NCBI RefSeq assembly: GCF_009834535.1
Contig: NC_045696.1
Span: 78,122,001 to 78,186,000, forward strand
Direction of reading: 5' to 3'
Source: Camelus ferus
Lineage: Eukaryota
DNA: 64,000 bases
Positions 1 through 13,769 of the stretch are shown in pieces (the first letter of the stretch is position 1; each line of letters begins with the position of its first letter). The translations under genes were made by a program, and so were the position numbers. The notes under the pieces were generated by a model, which saw only the letters and a program-made list of their open reading frames with translations, was not told where the DNA came from and searched no databases.

Positions 1-152
1 TGTTTATAGTGATCACTTCTCCCGATATCAATTTTTTTAGTTCTTATTTTGAAAAAATTAATAAACAGAAACCTCTATTAAACAGCACTAGGAGACCAGT
101 AAGGGGAGCTCTCATGCCTGCAGCCACAGAAGAGCCCAACAAGCAGAAAGAG

Positions 153-2330
153 CATCGCAATACATGCAGAAAAAACTTTTGATAAAATGCAACATCCATT
201 TATGATTAAAACTCTCCAGAAAGTGGGCATAGAGGGAACATAACTCAACATAATAAAGGCCATATATAGCAAAACAGCTAACATCATACTCAATGATGAA
301 AAGCTGAAAGAATGTCCCCTAAGGAGTAAGACAAGGATGTCCACTCTCACCACTTTTATTCGATATAATTTTGGATGTCCCAGCCATGCAATCAGACAAG
401 AAATAAAAGGAGTCCAAACTGGAGAGGGAAAAGTAAAGCATCACTGCTTGCAAAACATATATACAGAGAAAATCCTAATGGTGCTAAATACAGTAAAAAG
501 CTCATTGATGAATTTGGTACTTTCAGAATTCAAAATTAACATACAGAAATTTGTTGCACTTCTATACACTAACAACAAACTATAAGAGGTAGTAAGGAAA
601 CAATACCATTTACCACTGCATCAAAAAAATATAAAATACCTAGGAATAAATCTACATAAAGACCTATATTTGGAAAACTGTAAGACACTAATGAAAGAAA
701 CTGAAGACAACACAAACAGATGGAAAGAAATACCATGTACTTGGATCAGAAGAATTAATATTGTTAAAATAACCATAGTACCCAAGACAATCTACAGATT
801 CAATGCAATCCTTATCAAAATAGCAATGGAATTTTTTACAGACCTCAAACAAGTAATTTTAAAATTTATTTGAAAATACAGAAGACCCAGAATAGCCAAA
901 ACAATCTTGTGAAAGAACAGAGATGGAGGAACCATACTTCCTGACTTCAGACAATATTACAATAATCCAAACAGTATGGTACTGACACAAAAACAAATGT
1001 ACAGATCAAAGGAACATAACAGAGAGCCCAGAAATAAACCCACACATTTATGGTCAATTAATCTATGAAAAGGAGGCAAGAAAACACATTGTAGAAAAAG
1101 CAGTCTCTTCAACAAGTGGTGCTGGGAAAACTGGACAGCAACTTGTAAAAGAAAGAAAACATTCTCTACCATCATATACCAAGATAAACTCAAAATGAAA
1201 TAAAGACCTAAATGTAAGACCAGATACTATAAAATTCCTAGGGGAAAACAGACAAAATACTCTTTGACATAAATTGCAACAATATTTCTTTTTGGATCTG
1301 TCTCCTAAACCAAAGAAAACAAAAGCAAAAAATACACAAGTGTGACGTAATTAATCTTAAAAGCTTTTGCACAGAAAAGGAAACTACTGACAAAATGAAA
1401 AGATAACCTACTGAATGGGAGAAAATATTTGCAAATGATATGACTGACAAGGGGTTTTTATCCAACATATATAAACAGTTCACACAACTCAACATCAAAA
1501 CAAATTTTAAAATGGACGAAACTGAACAGACATTTTTCAAAGGAGGAAATATAGATGGCCAATAGGCATGTGAAAAGATGCTCAATGTCAGTAATCATTA
1601 CAGAAATGTAAATCAAAACCACAATGAGATAGCACCTCACACCTGTCAGAACTGTTATCATCAAAAAGAACACAAATAATAAATGTTGGTGAGAATGTGG
1701 AAAAAAAGGAACCCTCCTACACTGTTGACAGGAATGTAAATTGGGACAGTCAATTTAACAGTATGGAGTTTTCTCGAAAAACTAAAAATAGAACTACCAT
1801 ATGACCCAACAATTCCACTCCTGGGTATTTACAGGGAGAAAACAAAAGTTCTAATCTGAAAGGTACATACATTCCAGTGTTAATAGCAGCATTATTTACA
1901 ATTGTCAAGGTATGGAAGCAATGTAAGTATCCATCAACAGATGAATGTATAAAGAAGATGTGGTATATATATACACAATGGAATACTATTCAGCCATAAA
2001 AAGAATGAAATTTTACCATTTGCAGCACCATTGATGGACTTGGAGGGAATTATGGTAAGTGACAAAAGTCAAGACAGAAGGTAAATACTGTATGATATCA
2101 TTATTATGGGGGATCCCAAGAAATACAACAAACTAGTAAATAAAACAAAAAAGAAGCAGGTTCTCAGATATAGAGAACAAACCAGTGGTTACCAGTGGGA
2201 GAGAGGAGGGAGGAAGGGCACTCTAGGGATGGGGGAAAAAGATTATGGGATTATATGAAATCATGTGTGTGAAACTTTTGAAAATTGTAAAGCAATATAG
2301 AATTCAAAGAATCATTCAATAAAAATAATA
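153..2330 (+). mobile_element. LINE-1, 5'-truncated and decayed (ORF2 RT region and C-terminus plus 3'UTR), cetartiodactyl-type 3' end
   Basis: ORF2-like translations (e.g. 670-873 [26 protein letters not shown]...IYRFNAI) broken by stops and frameshifts; 3'UTR 'gggattatatgaaatcatgtgtgtgaaacttttgaaaattgtaaagc'; AATAAA at 2318-2323 and A-rich tail. Confidence 0.95.
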
Positions 2331-3042
2331 ATAGTACTTGTTTTCAAAAAGAAAAAAATCTATTCAAATATGCTTAATCTTTTATTGATCACCTGCTGTA
2401 ACAATGTACACAAAACCACAAATTTTTCTATGGTTGATCTTCTGAAGTTACAGAAGTTTGACTAAAGCACTGCTATTCTTCATTACATAAATGGCACAAT
2501 TACCCCAAACATTTTAAAAGTAGCTAATTTCAAGACAAAATTCTGTCTTTTTCAAGAATGTGTGTTAAAACTGTAATATAACCACACACTAGTTCTGCTT
2601 CTGCTCTTTAAGAAAAATGAACTTCTCCCTGCTATTTCAGTAGTAATTGGATAGGAGGAATATAGCATCACTTCCAGACTCTGTATTGAGCTAAATGTTT
2701 TTTTTGTTGTTGTTGCCATTTTTATCTTCAGCAATATCTTTTAAAGCTACTGAATAAATGCAGTGCATCTAAGCACACTATCTTGAAAAGTCAGAAAAAT
2801 CTTTTTTTTTTTAACCATTTTAAGTTGATTTAGGGACAGACATGTTTTCTTTCATATCCTGTTCTTTACAACACCTTCAATTTAAGACCCACTAAAAAAG
2901 AAGAGAAAGGAGATGAAACATTCAACAAAATAAAAGCCTCTTTTTCAATTAAACAAAGCTCTTTCTTTTAATACCAGAGGTCCCTTTGTAAACAATATAA
3001 TTCTGTAGCCACTGAAAAGGGAACAGATTAAAAAACATTACA

Positions 3043-6000
3043 GAGGTTCTGGTTCAAGATGGTGATATAGTAAAATCCTGAACTCACTTCCTCCAGTGGA
3101 AACACCAAATCTATAGCTATATAGCAATAATTTTCTCTGGAAAAAAAAAAAAAAAAAAAGAAAGAAACAAACCTAAAAAACAGTGGAACAACCCCTTCAC
3201 ATCAGGCAAGTAGAAGGAAAACCACATTGAAGTGGGTAGGAAAGGCAAGACAGGATCTCACCACAAACTTCATTGACAGCATGACAACGCACAATTAGGA
3301 AGGAACTCAAAACCTGGAGCTTCTGCCTGAGGAGCACAGGGTTTGCACCCCATATGGGGCATCCCAACTTCTAAGACTGGCACCTGAGAAATGAGCTTCC
3401 AAAACATATGGCTTTGAAGACCAATGAGGTTCACACCCAGGAGACTTGGTGGAGACTTGGCAGAGCTGTGGTGAACTAAGGAGCAGCTCTTAAAAGACTC
3501 ATATGCAGACTTAACCACCCAGGGCCCAAGAGAAGCAGACTTTTGAAAAGCACCCAGTTTATGTGAAAGAGACTCAGTTCCTAATTTTGAATTGTTGGTC
3601 TGAGGAGCAGGGGCCTACTGGGATACTCTCCAGGAAGAGAAGATGGTGGGAGCCATTTTCCATGTTCTTCCTCTGCCTTGTTAAACCTGATGGACACAAT
3701 TTTTTAACTTTCTTTTTCCTTTCTCTTTATTCTCTTTTTTCCCCTCAATGAATGACATCTCTGCACTCCCCCCTCTGCCTCACTGCAGCCTCGTAGGTAC
3801 AATTTCCAATTCTACTTCAGCTGCACTCCAGAGTGCACTGTCTCCTGGAGGAGAGTTTCTATATATGTCTGCTGTCCTGGCTTTTATGTCTGGTGACTCA
3901 GCTTTAGCAGGTGCCACCCAAGGGATGCTCTATGACTCACTAGCTCTGGAGGCCAGGAGAGCCTGCATTCCGGGCTTCCTCCTGGGACTGAACAATTAGA
4001 GATCCGGTTCTTGGCAGACTACCATTCCCTGGACACTACGGAAAGCAAACTGAAACACACCACCAGTTTTTCTGAGAAATATGGCTATGTGCTTGTCCAG
4101 GAACTTTGTCCTCAGGGACAGGCTTCTGGTTTGGCACATTCTAGAGGCATATACAGCTACTCGCAGGGAACAGAGTTCAGTGGATGCCATCTCTGCACTC
4201 ACCCTCTGTCTCACTCCCACTTGCTAGTATCGCTCAGTAAGAAGCTTGTACCATCCATTCTCTGGTGCCCTGATTTTACTGCCAAGAGACAATTCTACAT
4301 TGCCTAGTTCTGATGGTGATCAAGGCTTACACTGGGAGGTCCCACAGGAATCTACTCAATGGAGAAGAAAGAGTTCTTGAACAGTTCTCACCCCCAGGGC
4401 TCAGCAAGAGTCGACAGACCCTGGAGCTCAGTCTTTCTGTGAAAGAGGCCTATTAGTTTATCATCAGAGCTGCAGCCTGGGAGGCAGGCTTCTAATGAAA
4501 CACACATCTAAGGGCCAACTGTAAACCTTTCCTGAGACACTGAAGGGTGATCACTAGCTACATGCTTTCCTTCTGCCTTGCTCCAGGCACCAGAATCTCC
4601 CAGACTTTAAAACAGACTGTTATAAAAGGCACAGAAAGGCATTATATATTGTTAAAGGGGTCAATCCAAGAAGACACAACATTTGTGAATATTTATGCAC
4701 CCAACATAGGAGCACCTAAATTCATAAAGCAAATATTAAGAGACCCAAGAGAGGAATACACAGCAATACAGTAATAGTAGGGACCTTTAATACTGCACTT
4801 ACACCAATGGATAGATAATCCAGAAAGAAAACCAGTAAGGAAACATCAGCCTTAAACAACACATTAGACCAGATGAACTATATAAAAACCATTCCAACCA
4901 AAGAAACAGAATACATGGTCTTCCCATATGCACATGGGACACTTTCCAGGATAGATCATATGTTAGGGTGCAAAACTTCACAAATTTAAAAAGTATGAAA
5001 TCATATCAAGCATCTTTTCTGACCACAATGATATGAAACTAGAAATCAATTACACAACCAAAAAAATGAAAAAGTATACAAGTATGTGGAGATTAGACAA
5101 CATGCTACTGAGTAGCCAATGGGTCAAGAAATCATAAATGAAATAAGAAATACCTTGAGACAAATGGAAATACTCTAAAACTTATGCTATGAAGTAAAGC
5201 AGTTCTAAGACAGAAGAACATAGTGATAAATTCCTACAGAAATGAGAAAAAACTCAAAAAACGTTAGTTTATACCTCAAGGAACTAGAAAAATAAGAACA
5301 AAGTCCAATGATAGTAGAAGAAAGGAAATAAAGATCAGAGCAGAAACAGATGAAGTAGAGACTGAAAAGACAACAGAAAAGATCAATGAAACCAAAACCT
5401 GGCTCTTCAAAATGAAATAAAATTGACCAAACCTTTAGCTAGACTAACAAGATAAAAAGAGGTATGACTCAGAGTAAGAAAGGACAGAGAAGTTACAACT
5501 GATACCACAGAAATACGAAGGATCATGGGAAACTACTATGAACAATTACATTGCTAACAAATTGGACAATCTAAAAGATATGGATAAATTCCTAGGAATA
5601 TGTAATTTTCCAAGACTGAATCATAAAGAAATAAAAATCTGAATAGACTGATTGCTAGTAAAGAGATTAAATTGGTACTTAAAAATTTCATAACAAGAAA
5701 AGTCCTGGGCCATATAGATTCACTGGTGAGTTTTACCAAACATTCAGACTCACTATTTTTCTCAAACTGTTCCAAAGGACTGAAAATAATGGAATACTTT
5801 CCAACTCATTTCACAAGGCCAGTATTATTACTCTGACACCCAAAATCAGAAAATTACAAAAAAAGAAAAAGAAAATTACAGGCCAATATCCCTGATGAAC
5901 AAAGATGTAAAAATCCTCAACAAAATATTAGCAAATTGAATTCAGTAATACATGAATTGACTAATGATCAAGTAATTTATTCCAGTGAAGGAAGGATGGT

Positions 6001-7897
6001 TCAACAATCACAAAATCAATGTGATACACCACATTAAACGAAGGCTAAAAATTACATTATTGTCTCAATAAATGTAGAAACATAATTTGATAAAATTCAA
6101 CATCTATTTTTGATTAAAAAACTCTCAACAATGTGAGTATACAAGGAACATATCTCAATATAATAGAAGCCATATATGATAAATCCCATAGCTAACATGA
6201 TATTCAGTGGTGAAAAACTGAAAGCTTTTTCTCTAAGACCAGAAACAAGACAAGAATGCCCTTGCTACTTCTTTTCAACATAGTATTGGAAGTCCTATGC
6301 AGAGAAATTGAGCAAGAAAAAGAAATAAAAGATATCTAAATCAGAAAAGCAAAACTCACTATTTACAGATGATGTGATATATATAAAAAAAAACCCTAAA
6401 GCCCTCACCAAAAAAACTGGTAGAACTAATTAATGAATTCAGTAAAGTTGCAGGATACAAGATTAAAATACAGAAATCTGTTGCTTTTCTACATGCTAAT
6501 AATGGACTATTATAAAGAATTCAAGAAAACAATCCCATTTACAACTGCATCAAAAGCAGTAAGTACCTAGGAACAAATCTAACCAATGAGGTGAAAGACA
6601 CACAGATCACTATGAAACATCGGTGGAAAACACTGAAGACACAAATGGAAAGATATTCCATGCTCCTGGATTGGAAAAATGAACATCTTTTTAAAATGGC
6701 CATACTATTAAATGTCATCTACAGAATCAATGCTATCCCTATCAAAATTCCAATGACATATTTCACAGAACTACAATAAATAATCCTAAAATTTATATGG
6801 AACCACAAAAGACCCCCAATAGCCAAAGCAGTCTTGGGAGAGAAGAACAAAGCTGGAGGCACAATGCCCCCTGATTTCAAACTCTATTACAAGGCTACAG
6901 TAATCAAAACTATATGGTATTGGTGTGAAAACAGACACAGAGATCAATGAAACAGGATAGAGAGTCCAGAAATAAATCCACACATTTATGGTTAATTAAT
7001 TTATTACTAAGGAGCCAGAAACATTCAATGGGAAAAGGACAGTCTTCAAAGAGTGGTGCTGGGAAAACTGGACAATCACATGCAAAAGAATGAAACTGGA
7101 TCACTATCTTACACCAAACACAAAAAATTCACTCAAAATGGATTAAAGACTTGAAGCCATAAAACTAGAAGAAAACATTAGTGGTTAGCTCCCTGACATC
7201 AGTCTGGGTGATAATTTTTTCTATTGGACACCAAAAGCAAAAGTAGCAAAAATAAAAATAACTGGGAGTACATTAAACTAAAAAGTTTTAATAGCAAAGA
7301 AAACCATCAATAAAATGAAAAGGTTACATACAGAACGGGAGAAATTATTTGCTAATCATATATCTGATAAGAAGTCAATATATAAAATATGTAAAGAACT
7401 CATATAACTCAATAGCAAAAAAAAAAAAATTCTAATTGAAAAAATAGGCAGGGGATCTGAAGAGCCATTTTCCAAAGATACGTAGAAGGGTCAACAGGTA
7501 CATGAAAATATGCTCAACATCACTAATCACCAAGGACATGCAAATCAAAACTACAATGAGTTATCACTTCACTCCTGTAAGAAATGGCTACTATCAAAAA
7601 ACAACAAATCTCAAGTGTTGACAAGGATGTGGAGAAAAGGAAATCCTCTTGCACTTTTGGTGGGACTGACTTGGTGCGGCCACTATGGAAAACAGTGTGG
7701 AGTTTCGTTAAAAAAAATTTAAAGTAGAACTACTATATGATTCAGCAATTCCACTTCTTGGTATTTATCTGAAACAAAATCACTAACTCAGAAAAATACA
7801 TGAACCTCCACATTCACTGCAGCATTGTTTACAATAGCCAGGAGATAGAAACAACTTACATGTCCATAAATGGATGAATAGACAAAGAAAAAGTGGT

Positions 7898-7929
<32 letters not shown>

Positions 7930-8504
7930 ATTTATATTTATATATGTATATGCATGTGTATATATATATATAATATTATTCAGTCATAAAAAGAAATGAA
8001 ACCTTGTCATTTGTGACAACATCAATAGATCTTGAGGGCATTACGCTAAGTGAGATAAGTCAGAAAAAGACAGATACTCTGTGATCACACTTATATGTGG
8101 AATCTCAAAACAAAACTAAACCAAGCCCACAGATACAGAGAACAGAGAAGGTTGCTGGTGAGGGAGGCGAGGACGTTGGGCAAGATGGTGAATGGAGTCC
8201 AAAAAGTACAAACTTTCAGTTGCAAAATAAATAAGTCATGGGGATATAATGTACAGTGTGGTGACTACAGTTATTAATACTATACTGCATATTTAAAAGT
8301 TGCTAAGGGAGTAAAGCTTAAAAGTTTTCACAACAAGAAAAACATTGTAACCATATACGGTGATGAATATTAACTAGACTTATTGTGGTGATCATTTATC
8401 AATATATATAAAAATACAAAAAATATATACAAAAAAATACAAAAAAATGCATTTTGTTGTACATCTGAAATTAATACAACATTGTATGTCAGTTTTACTG
8501 TAAT
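3043..8504 (+). mobile_element. LINE-1 (L1MA9-like 3' end): 5'UTR joined directly to ORF2, ORF1 absent, decayed
   Basis: L1 start motif 'ggttcaagatggtgatatag...gaactcacttcctcc'; endonuclease residues FVNIYAPNIGAPKFIKQIL at ~4680-4740; RT core ctatttacagatgat (FADD-like) at ~6359-6373; L1MA-type 3'UTR ~8100-8500. Confidence 0.92.
7895..7972. repeat. (TG)n/(TA)n compound microsatellite inside L1
   Basis: Direct sequence. Confidence 0.9.
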
Positions 8505-9088
8505 AGTTTTTTTAAGTTGTCTATTACTTAGTAGGTAAAGCAATCTAAAATGCAGCCTAGCCTGTTCTAAGCCTGGACTGATGCTCACCATCCTCAAAGA
8601 AAAATTTATTCCAGAAGCAAAAATGATTCAGAGTTGTTCTTCAGATAACATGACCTATTAAACTTGTTCTGATATTAAGACACTTCCCCATTTTCCATGT
8701 TAATTTACTTCCTCTTTATCTAAATTGAGTTTTAAAATCTAGCAATAAGGAAGATTGTGTGTCTAGTGGAAAAATGCATTATTGGGAGAATTCAATACAA
8801 GTTACATGTTTAGGATATAAAAAAAATTACAGTCATGTTAATTTTAGTCAAGTCACTAATTGGCTGTTGGAATTCCACTTCATAACAGAGTTGATTCATT
8901 ATGTGTACATTGACTAATCAGCAAGGGCCAATGATAGGGGCAGTGGTGTCTACAAAGTACAGAGAGAATTAAAAAGAAAAAAACACCTTAGAGGCAAATC
9001 ATGTTTTGAATGAAAGTACAAAATGCAGCACACTCAATGAAGACAGAAGCTTGTGTGTGCTACTACAGTATAAATTTTCAAATGCCCG

Positions 9089-9640
9089 TGAAAGGGAACA
9101 GAATATGTCACTTGGCATAAGGATTATTTTGAGCAGAAGGCAACTAAGAAGCAGCAGATTCAAGAAAAGCTCTTTGCCCTCCCCCTGTGCCTAAAAGCAG
9201 TAATACAGACTTGTAAAGGTGTCCGTCTTCCTCTACCAGAAAGAAGTTAATCAACTGGAGGTAAGTCTGTCAGCCCAGAGACTGGCACTAGAAACATCTA
9301 CATAACAGACCTTGCTAAAACTAGCCCTTTTCTACCCTTAGTGTCCCCATATATTTTCCTTCCCACAATTTGCCCCACCCTACTCAAAACTCTTCTCCTT
9401 TCTGTCTTGTCACTTCACCACAAAATTACTGTCCTTCTATTAAGATGCTGTATAAGCTTAAATTCCATCCACCCTGTTGAATCACTAACTGTGTACTCCC
9501 ACTAGTAAGCATGAGGCAAGTGTTAATAAACTTTGTTTCCTCTTCTTTGATTCACCTGTCTTTTCTTGGTCTGATTTGCAGGGCCCCGGCCAGCAAACCT
9601 AAAATGCATAGAGGAAAAAGGAAATTTTTCCTCCCCTGCA
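9089..9640 (+). mobile_element. ERV1 solo LTR, MER34/MER39-like
   Basis: TG...CA termini; 'cagaatatgtcacttggcataaggattattttgagcagaaggcaac' start and 'gaggaaaaaggaaatttttcctcccctgca' end match the remembered MER34 family; AATAAA at ~9525. Confidence 0.8.
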
Positions 9641-12152
9641 CCTAATAGATCCAATGGCAGGGGTGCTAGAAAAACAAGGGAGGTTTAGATGGAAGAGAAG
9701 CCTTCACCTAGACTTTTAAAGAAATAACATACCCAAATTGGTGGAACAACCTGTTTGCATTTTGCACCCTTAATAGCAAAAATACAAGCAGACTGGGACA
9801 GAAAGAAATCAGCATTGGTAAGATAAGGAGATTAGTTTTACTAGCAGTAAGGATGGATGGGATACTTGTGATTCCCTAAAAAACAGTCAGATGGAAGACA
9901 AAGAACCAACAAAACAAACAGTGGACATTTTGTTTCTCAAGAGATATGTCATCTATTTTTGCTTCCTTTCCCTTCATTTAGCTTCTGGAGCACTTTATAT
10001 TTCTTTCCAATAAGAGTTTTAGTGTCCTCGCTCTGTCTATATTCCCTTAAGTAAATCTTTTCCTTAAGTCATTGATTCTGTGATTTCAAGTATATATTTG
10101 GTAGCAGTTTCCTTTTCTTCTGGTGCCAAGTCCATCCTTTCATTTAACAAATGAAGGACCAAATAGCACTGCTTTCTCAGTGCATTTAATTCTCAATCCC
10201 TGTAGAGCAGCCCCCTTTTTTTCAGATAGTTGTAAGCACTTAAAACTAAATATTCAATAAAGGGAAGATATGATAAGTCTCATACAGCTTAACGTGCCTC
10301 CAACTCCCACGATTAAATTATTAAATGAAGGAATAATCAAACAAGGCAAAACAGAAGAGAGGAAATGTGTAGATAAACAACTAGAGATACAGATGTTGAA
10401 AAATGCAACTAGACTGAAAGATGCCCCCTAGTAACATGTCCTAATGTGCAATCACCTGAATTGCCTGCCAAAATACACAAATGGGCTGTTTTGCCTTATG
10501 AATGTTTAATCTTGAAAAACAGATGTGGAAAGCTATTGTTGTGTGGTAAAGATAAATTAAGCCACTTCAAAAATCCAGCACTAAATCTTTGGAAACTAAA
10601 GCCACCTTGTAATATGATATTTGGCATTACCCTCCATATTTAGTAAAATAATCCCGTAAGATCAAAATTCAACTGATCTATTTTAATCTTTACCTACCTG
10701 TGTGATTCACCTGTTCTCAATTCTCAACCTTCCAATGCCTCCAATAGTTTCTGACAATAGTGTTAATATTAAGGCTCAGTCTGATACAAATACCTGTGTT
10801 CAATCAGCCATAATATTGACTTGCTCAACTAGTTTAGTTATTCAGCCACTAATGCATTAATAGTAATTGAGCACTTCAGTTCTACACACTGTCGCAGTCT
10901 CAGATGCAACACTTTTTAACAACAGTGGCCCTCCCAAAAATTGTTCTATTCCTTTGAACTTTTTTCTTATTTTTCACCTTATTCTTTTTTATCATTGTAT
11001 TCATTTTTTTAAAAATGTCTCTGTGGTTTCTCCTATTTTTTTCCTCATTTCTGTCTGTCTCCTCAGTCTTCTCTCCTCATCATACATTATTCATTGCTTT
11101 TGTCCCACGTACCATCATTTCAGAAGTTTGCCTTTCTCTTCTCACATTCTTATTTATCCCACACATTTTGCCGTGCCCTCCTGTGAACATCCCATTCACT
11201 ATTTCACATGCTCATTTATTTTCTAATAGTTTTTCTATGTATATTTCCCTGATATTTTCTGAAATTTATATATATATATATACACACACACACATATATA
11301 AAGCTCTGATGCTCTGTAACATCTATCATTCAATCTATTTATCAATGTAATTTTTCTCCACGTAATTATATGTAAATCTAAATAGTATACATAAATACAA
11401 TATGCATATAATTATAATATATGTGTGTGTATGTATATTTGTGTTACCACCAGTGTGTGACAGTGTGTACCCAGTCTCTACTTTTCATTCATTTTTTTCT
11501 TGTCATTTTCTCATCTTTCCTCTTTTAATCAGGAGCTGAATATTTAAAGAACTGTGTAGGTTTACTAAGTTTAACACCAGTAAAAAGGAGGTGACTGTGC
11601 TGGGTTACTCCATCTCTAAATATGTTAGAAGGGTTACCAGACCTCATTTAGGGAATGTGACAGTGGCTCTACTCCCTCTACTCTGCTGTCAGTGACATCT
11701 AGCATCATTCCCCAAATGGTGGTTCTTTCTACTCTCCCTGAGTCGAGTCAGCCATGCATGCTAAAATCACATTTCCTTGAATCAGTGGGAAAGCTACTGG
11801 CATGCTAGATGAGACAATTCTTCATTGTTCTAATGAAGCATGTCAGGCATTCCTCAACTCACTCTCCTACCCAGCATTAAACAGCCATGGCATACCTCAA
11901 CCCATCCCATCATCTTCAGATGCATGGGTCAAAGAGGATGGGAAAGAGACACATCAGGACTTATATAACACAGAACTCTCCTTCCAGAAGGAGGAAGGAA
12001 GGGGCTGAATAAGGCCAACGTGGTTGCCTTGGTCAGACACCACCATCACTTGGAAATGAAGCCAGAGTCTGAGAGGACAACCCCAACCTGGCAAAGAAGC
12101 TAGTTGGCTGCAAACCTCACTTCCTTATGGGAATTCAGCTTTCAGAGGATGC

Positions 12153-12360
12153 ACCATAATGCAGTGAGTAAAAGTATGGATGTGGAACCAGAATGATCAT
12201 GTACAAATCCTCAGCTCCAAATATTGGGTAAGCTACAATAACGTTCTGTGCCTCAGTTTTCTTACCAAAAAAAGGAAATAACAGTGTCAGTACTGCTACT
12301 CTTAGGACAGTTGTGCAGATAAAATAAGCTAGTATTTGTAGGTGTTTAAAACATGTTAAG
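12153..12360 (+). mobile_element. MIR SINE
   Basis: Core 'ctgtgcctcagttttcttacc...aaataacagt...aggacagttgtgcagataaaataag'. Confidence 0.75.
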
Positions 12361-12718
12361 TAACATACAAGAAATAAGGTGAAAAAATACACTGACAAGG
12401 TTAAGTACATCCTTTCTGAGGAAGAGCAGATAGTTAAGTCTTTCTATTTATCCCCCACGTCCTCTAAATCTTCCTCTCTGCCATTCTCTTTAGAAATACT
12501 TTTGCAAATATGTTTTTTTTAAAATAAGTACCTTCAATTGAACAACTAGCTAGCTAGGCAAAGAAATGATGCTTACGTGAAAAAAAAGCACACAACAGAT
12601 GGTAGGAAGCATACAAGAGGAAATTAGAGAACAAAGTGAAAAGAATATGGTTATTTAAAAAAGAATTGGAAAAACTAAGTGGAGCTCTGTAGAGAAACAC
12701 TGACGAATTTAATGCCTG

Positions 12719-12835
12719 TGTAATGAAAATGAATATGAAAACAAATGTATGTATGTACATATATGATTGAAACATTATGCTGTATACCAGAAATTGACAC
12801 ATTGTAACTGACTGTACTTCAATAAATAAATAAAT
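12719..12835 (+). mobile_element. Severely 5'-truncated L1 (3' terminal ~117 bp) with TSD
   Basis: L1 3'UTR end 'tgctgtataccagaaattgacacattgtaactgactgtacttcaataaa'; TSD acgaatttaatgcctg (12703-12718) / aagaatttaatgtctg (12836-12851). Confidence 0.88.
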
Positions 12836-13116
12836 AAGAATTTAATGTCTGACATTATTTAGATTTACTTTCCAACTTTGTTAAAATGTTTTATTGTTTT
12901 CTGTATGTAGAATCTGAAGCCAAAAAAAAGTTAAATTACTCCATGGTAATTGATATGTTGAAGGATTATAATATTAGAAAAAGAAGCAATATGACATTTT
13001 AACACTATTTAGCATAGGAAAAATAATACTTATTAAACTAAATCATTAAATGTTTGGGACATATTTTAGTTCCTGATGGAGGAAGGTGGCTGATAAAAGT
13101 TAAAATGTATATGTTC

Positions 13117-13486
13117 TGTTAAAGTAACCAGATGAGGCCCAGGATGGAGTCACTTATGCTAAACTCAGCATCAGCAAACCAAAATTTAACAAAGCTTCTA
13201 TGCTTGGATTTTGTAGGAAAAAAACAGGCCTGGATGACCCACCTCTTCAGCACATGTTATTTGGCCCAGCTCCAAGATTTCCCTTTGCTCCATGTAAGGA
13301 AGGTAACCCTGCTTCAACCAATCAGCAAATGCCTAGTATAACTTCCTTGTTCTGCTCACTTTGACCTATAAAAACCTCTCGCCTTGTGTAGCTCTTCGGA
13401 GCTCCTTTCTATCTGCTAATATGGACGCTGCCTGCTTCATGAATTGCTAAATAAAAGTCTACTAGATCAATAAATTGTGAAAAACA
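13117..13486 (+). mobile_element. ERV1-class solo LTR
   Basis: TG...CA termini flanked by gttc/gttt; CCAAT 13318-13322, TATAAAA 13367-13373 and AATAAA 13450-13455 in U3-R-U5 order; 'atggagtcacttatgctaaa' ERV1 LTR-type motif. Confidence 0.75.
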
Positions 13487-13769
13487 GTTTTCATAGAGGA
13501 GTGACAGCGAAACGGTTTTACCTCTTATTTCTCATTTTTAGTTTCAGGTTTCTTTTGATTTTAGATATAGTCTTTCACTCACTTTGGCTAGAAAAGTTCT
13601 CTTCTAGTTTACATTTGTTTGATTTGTTTGTCAAAGGAATGGAATCTGCAAATCACTGGTAAACTGGGTACCGTATTCCCAATATATATGCTACAATACA
13701 CCTTATATACGACGATGTGAAACTAACAGCTTACTTTCATCAGTTCTGCCATGGTCCTCCTCAGCCAGT

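Noticed and set aside
78..8597. Numerous 60-115-aa ORFs on both strands
   Set aside because: They are fragments or antisense frames of decayed L1 ORF2/UTR. The 4547-4774 ORF is a 5'UTR/ORF2 junction product.
10867..11350. Two >110-aa hydrophobic ORFs
   Set aside because: T/C-rich low-complexity strand bias suppresses stop codons. The Phe/Leu/Ser/Ile/His-rich composition has no recognisable domain.
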